Under the pieces are notes generated by a model. That model searched no databases. It was not told the DNA's origin and was given only the letters and a program-made list of their open reading frames with translations. A program made the translations under genes and the position numbers. Below are positions 63,095-64,000 of a stretch of DNA of 64,000 nucleotides, piece by piece (the stretch's first letter is position 1; the number at the start of each line of letters is the position of its first letter). Origin of the DNA: Mobula hypostoma (lineage: Eukaryota); the NCBI RefSeq assembly GCF_963921235.1, contig NC_086108.1:3410001-3474000 (forward strand), written 5' to 3'.

Positions 63095-64000
63095 CATATA
63101 ACAATTACAGCACGGAAACAGGCCATCTCAGCCCTTCTAGTCCGTGCCGAACTCTTACTCTCACCTAGTACCACCGATCTGCACTCAGCCCATAACCCTC
63201 CATTCCTTTCCTGTCCATAGAGCTATCCAATTTAACTTTAAATGACAACATCGAACCTGCCTCAACCACTTCTGCTGGAAGCTCATTTCACACAGCTACC
63301 ACACTCTGAGTAAAGTTCCCCCTCATGTTACCCCTAAACTTTTGCCCTTTAACTCTCAACTCATGTCCTCTTGTTTGAATCTCCCCAACTCTCAATAGAA
63401 AAATCCTATCCACGTCAACTCTATCTATCCCCTTCATAATTTTAAATACCTCTATCAAGTCCCCCCTCAATTTTATCCCTCACTATCCTTTTGCTATTAA
63501 TATAATTGTAGAAACCCTTTGGATTTATTTTCACCTTACTTGCCAAAGCAACCTCATATCTTCTTTTAGCTTTTCTAATTTCTTTCTTAAGATTCTTTTT
63601 ACATTCTTAATATTCCTCGAACACCTCATTTACTCCAAGCTGCCTATATTTATTGTAGGTCTCTCTCTTTTTCCAAACCAAGTTTCCAATATCACTTGAA
63701 AACCATGGCTCTCTCAAACTTTTAACCTTTCCTTTCAACCTAACAGGAACATAAAGGTTCTGTACCCTCAAAATTTCACCTTTAAATTACCTCCATTTCT
63801 CTATTACATCCTTCCCATAAAACAAATTGTCCCAATCCACTCCTTCTAAATCCTTTCGCGTCTCCTTAAAGTTAGCCTTTCTCCAATCAAAAATCTCAAC
63901 CCTGGGTCCAGTCCTATCCTTCTCCATAATTATATTGAATCTAACGGTATTGTGATCACTGGACCCGAAATGCTCCCCAACACATACCTCTGTCACCTGC
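63095..64000 (-). mobile_element. CR1 fragments (3' end joined to an upstream ORF2 segment, internal deletion at ~63472)
   Basis: MRGDLIEVFKIMKG and GSSDHNTVRF motifs; runs off the window. Confidence 0.8.

Overview
Repeat-dominated vertebrate genomic DNA. The repeat complement (CR1, Rex1/Babar, L1/Tx1, Penelope-like elements, V-SINE/DeuSINE-like SINEs) suggests a cartilaginous fish, probably a ray; this is inference. Most of the window is nested, mostly decayed retroelements, plus Tc1 and Harbinger fragments, two solo LTRs, an internally deleted chromovirus, two minisatellites and a local tandem duplication. The one host gene I can support is invisible to the ORF track: the first two coding exons of a selenoprotein W-family gene on the + strand (59437-59465 and 61816-61840). 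They splice to MVLQIEVSYCSS-U-GYRSR, with an in-frame TGA in a CxxU motif. The remaining exons and the SECIS were not found and are presumably beyond the window end. The Penelope-like 3' ends carry minimal hammerhead ribozyme motifs. All comparisons were made by eye and many repeat boundaries are approximate.
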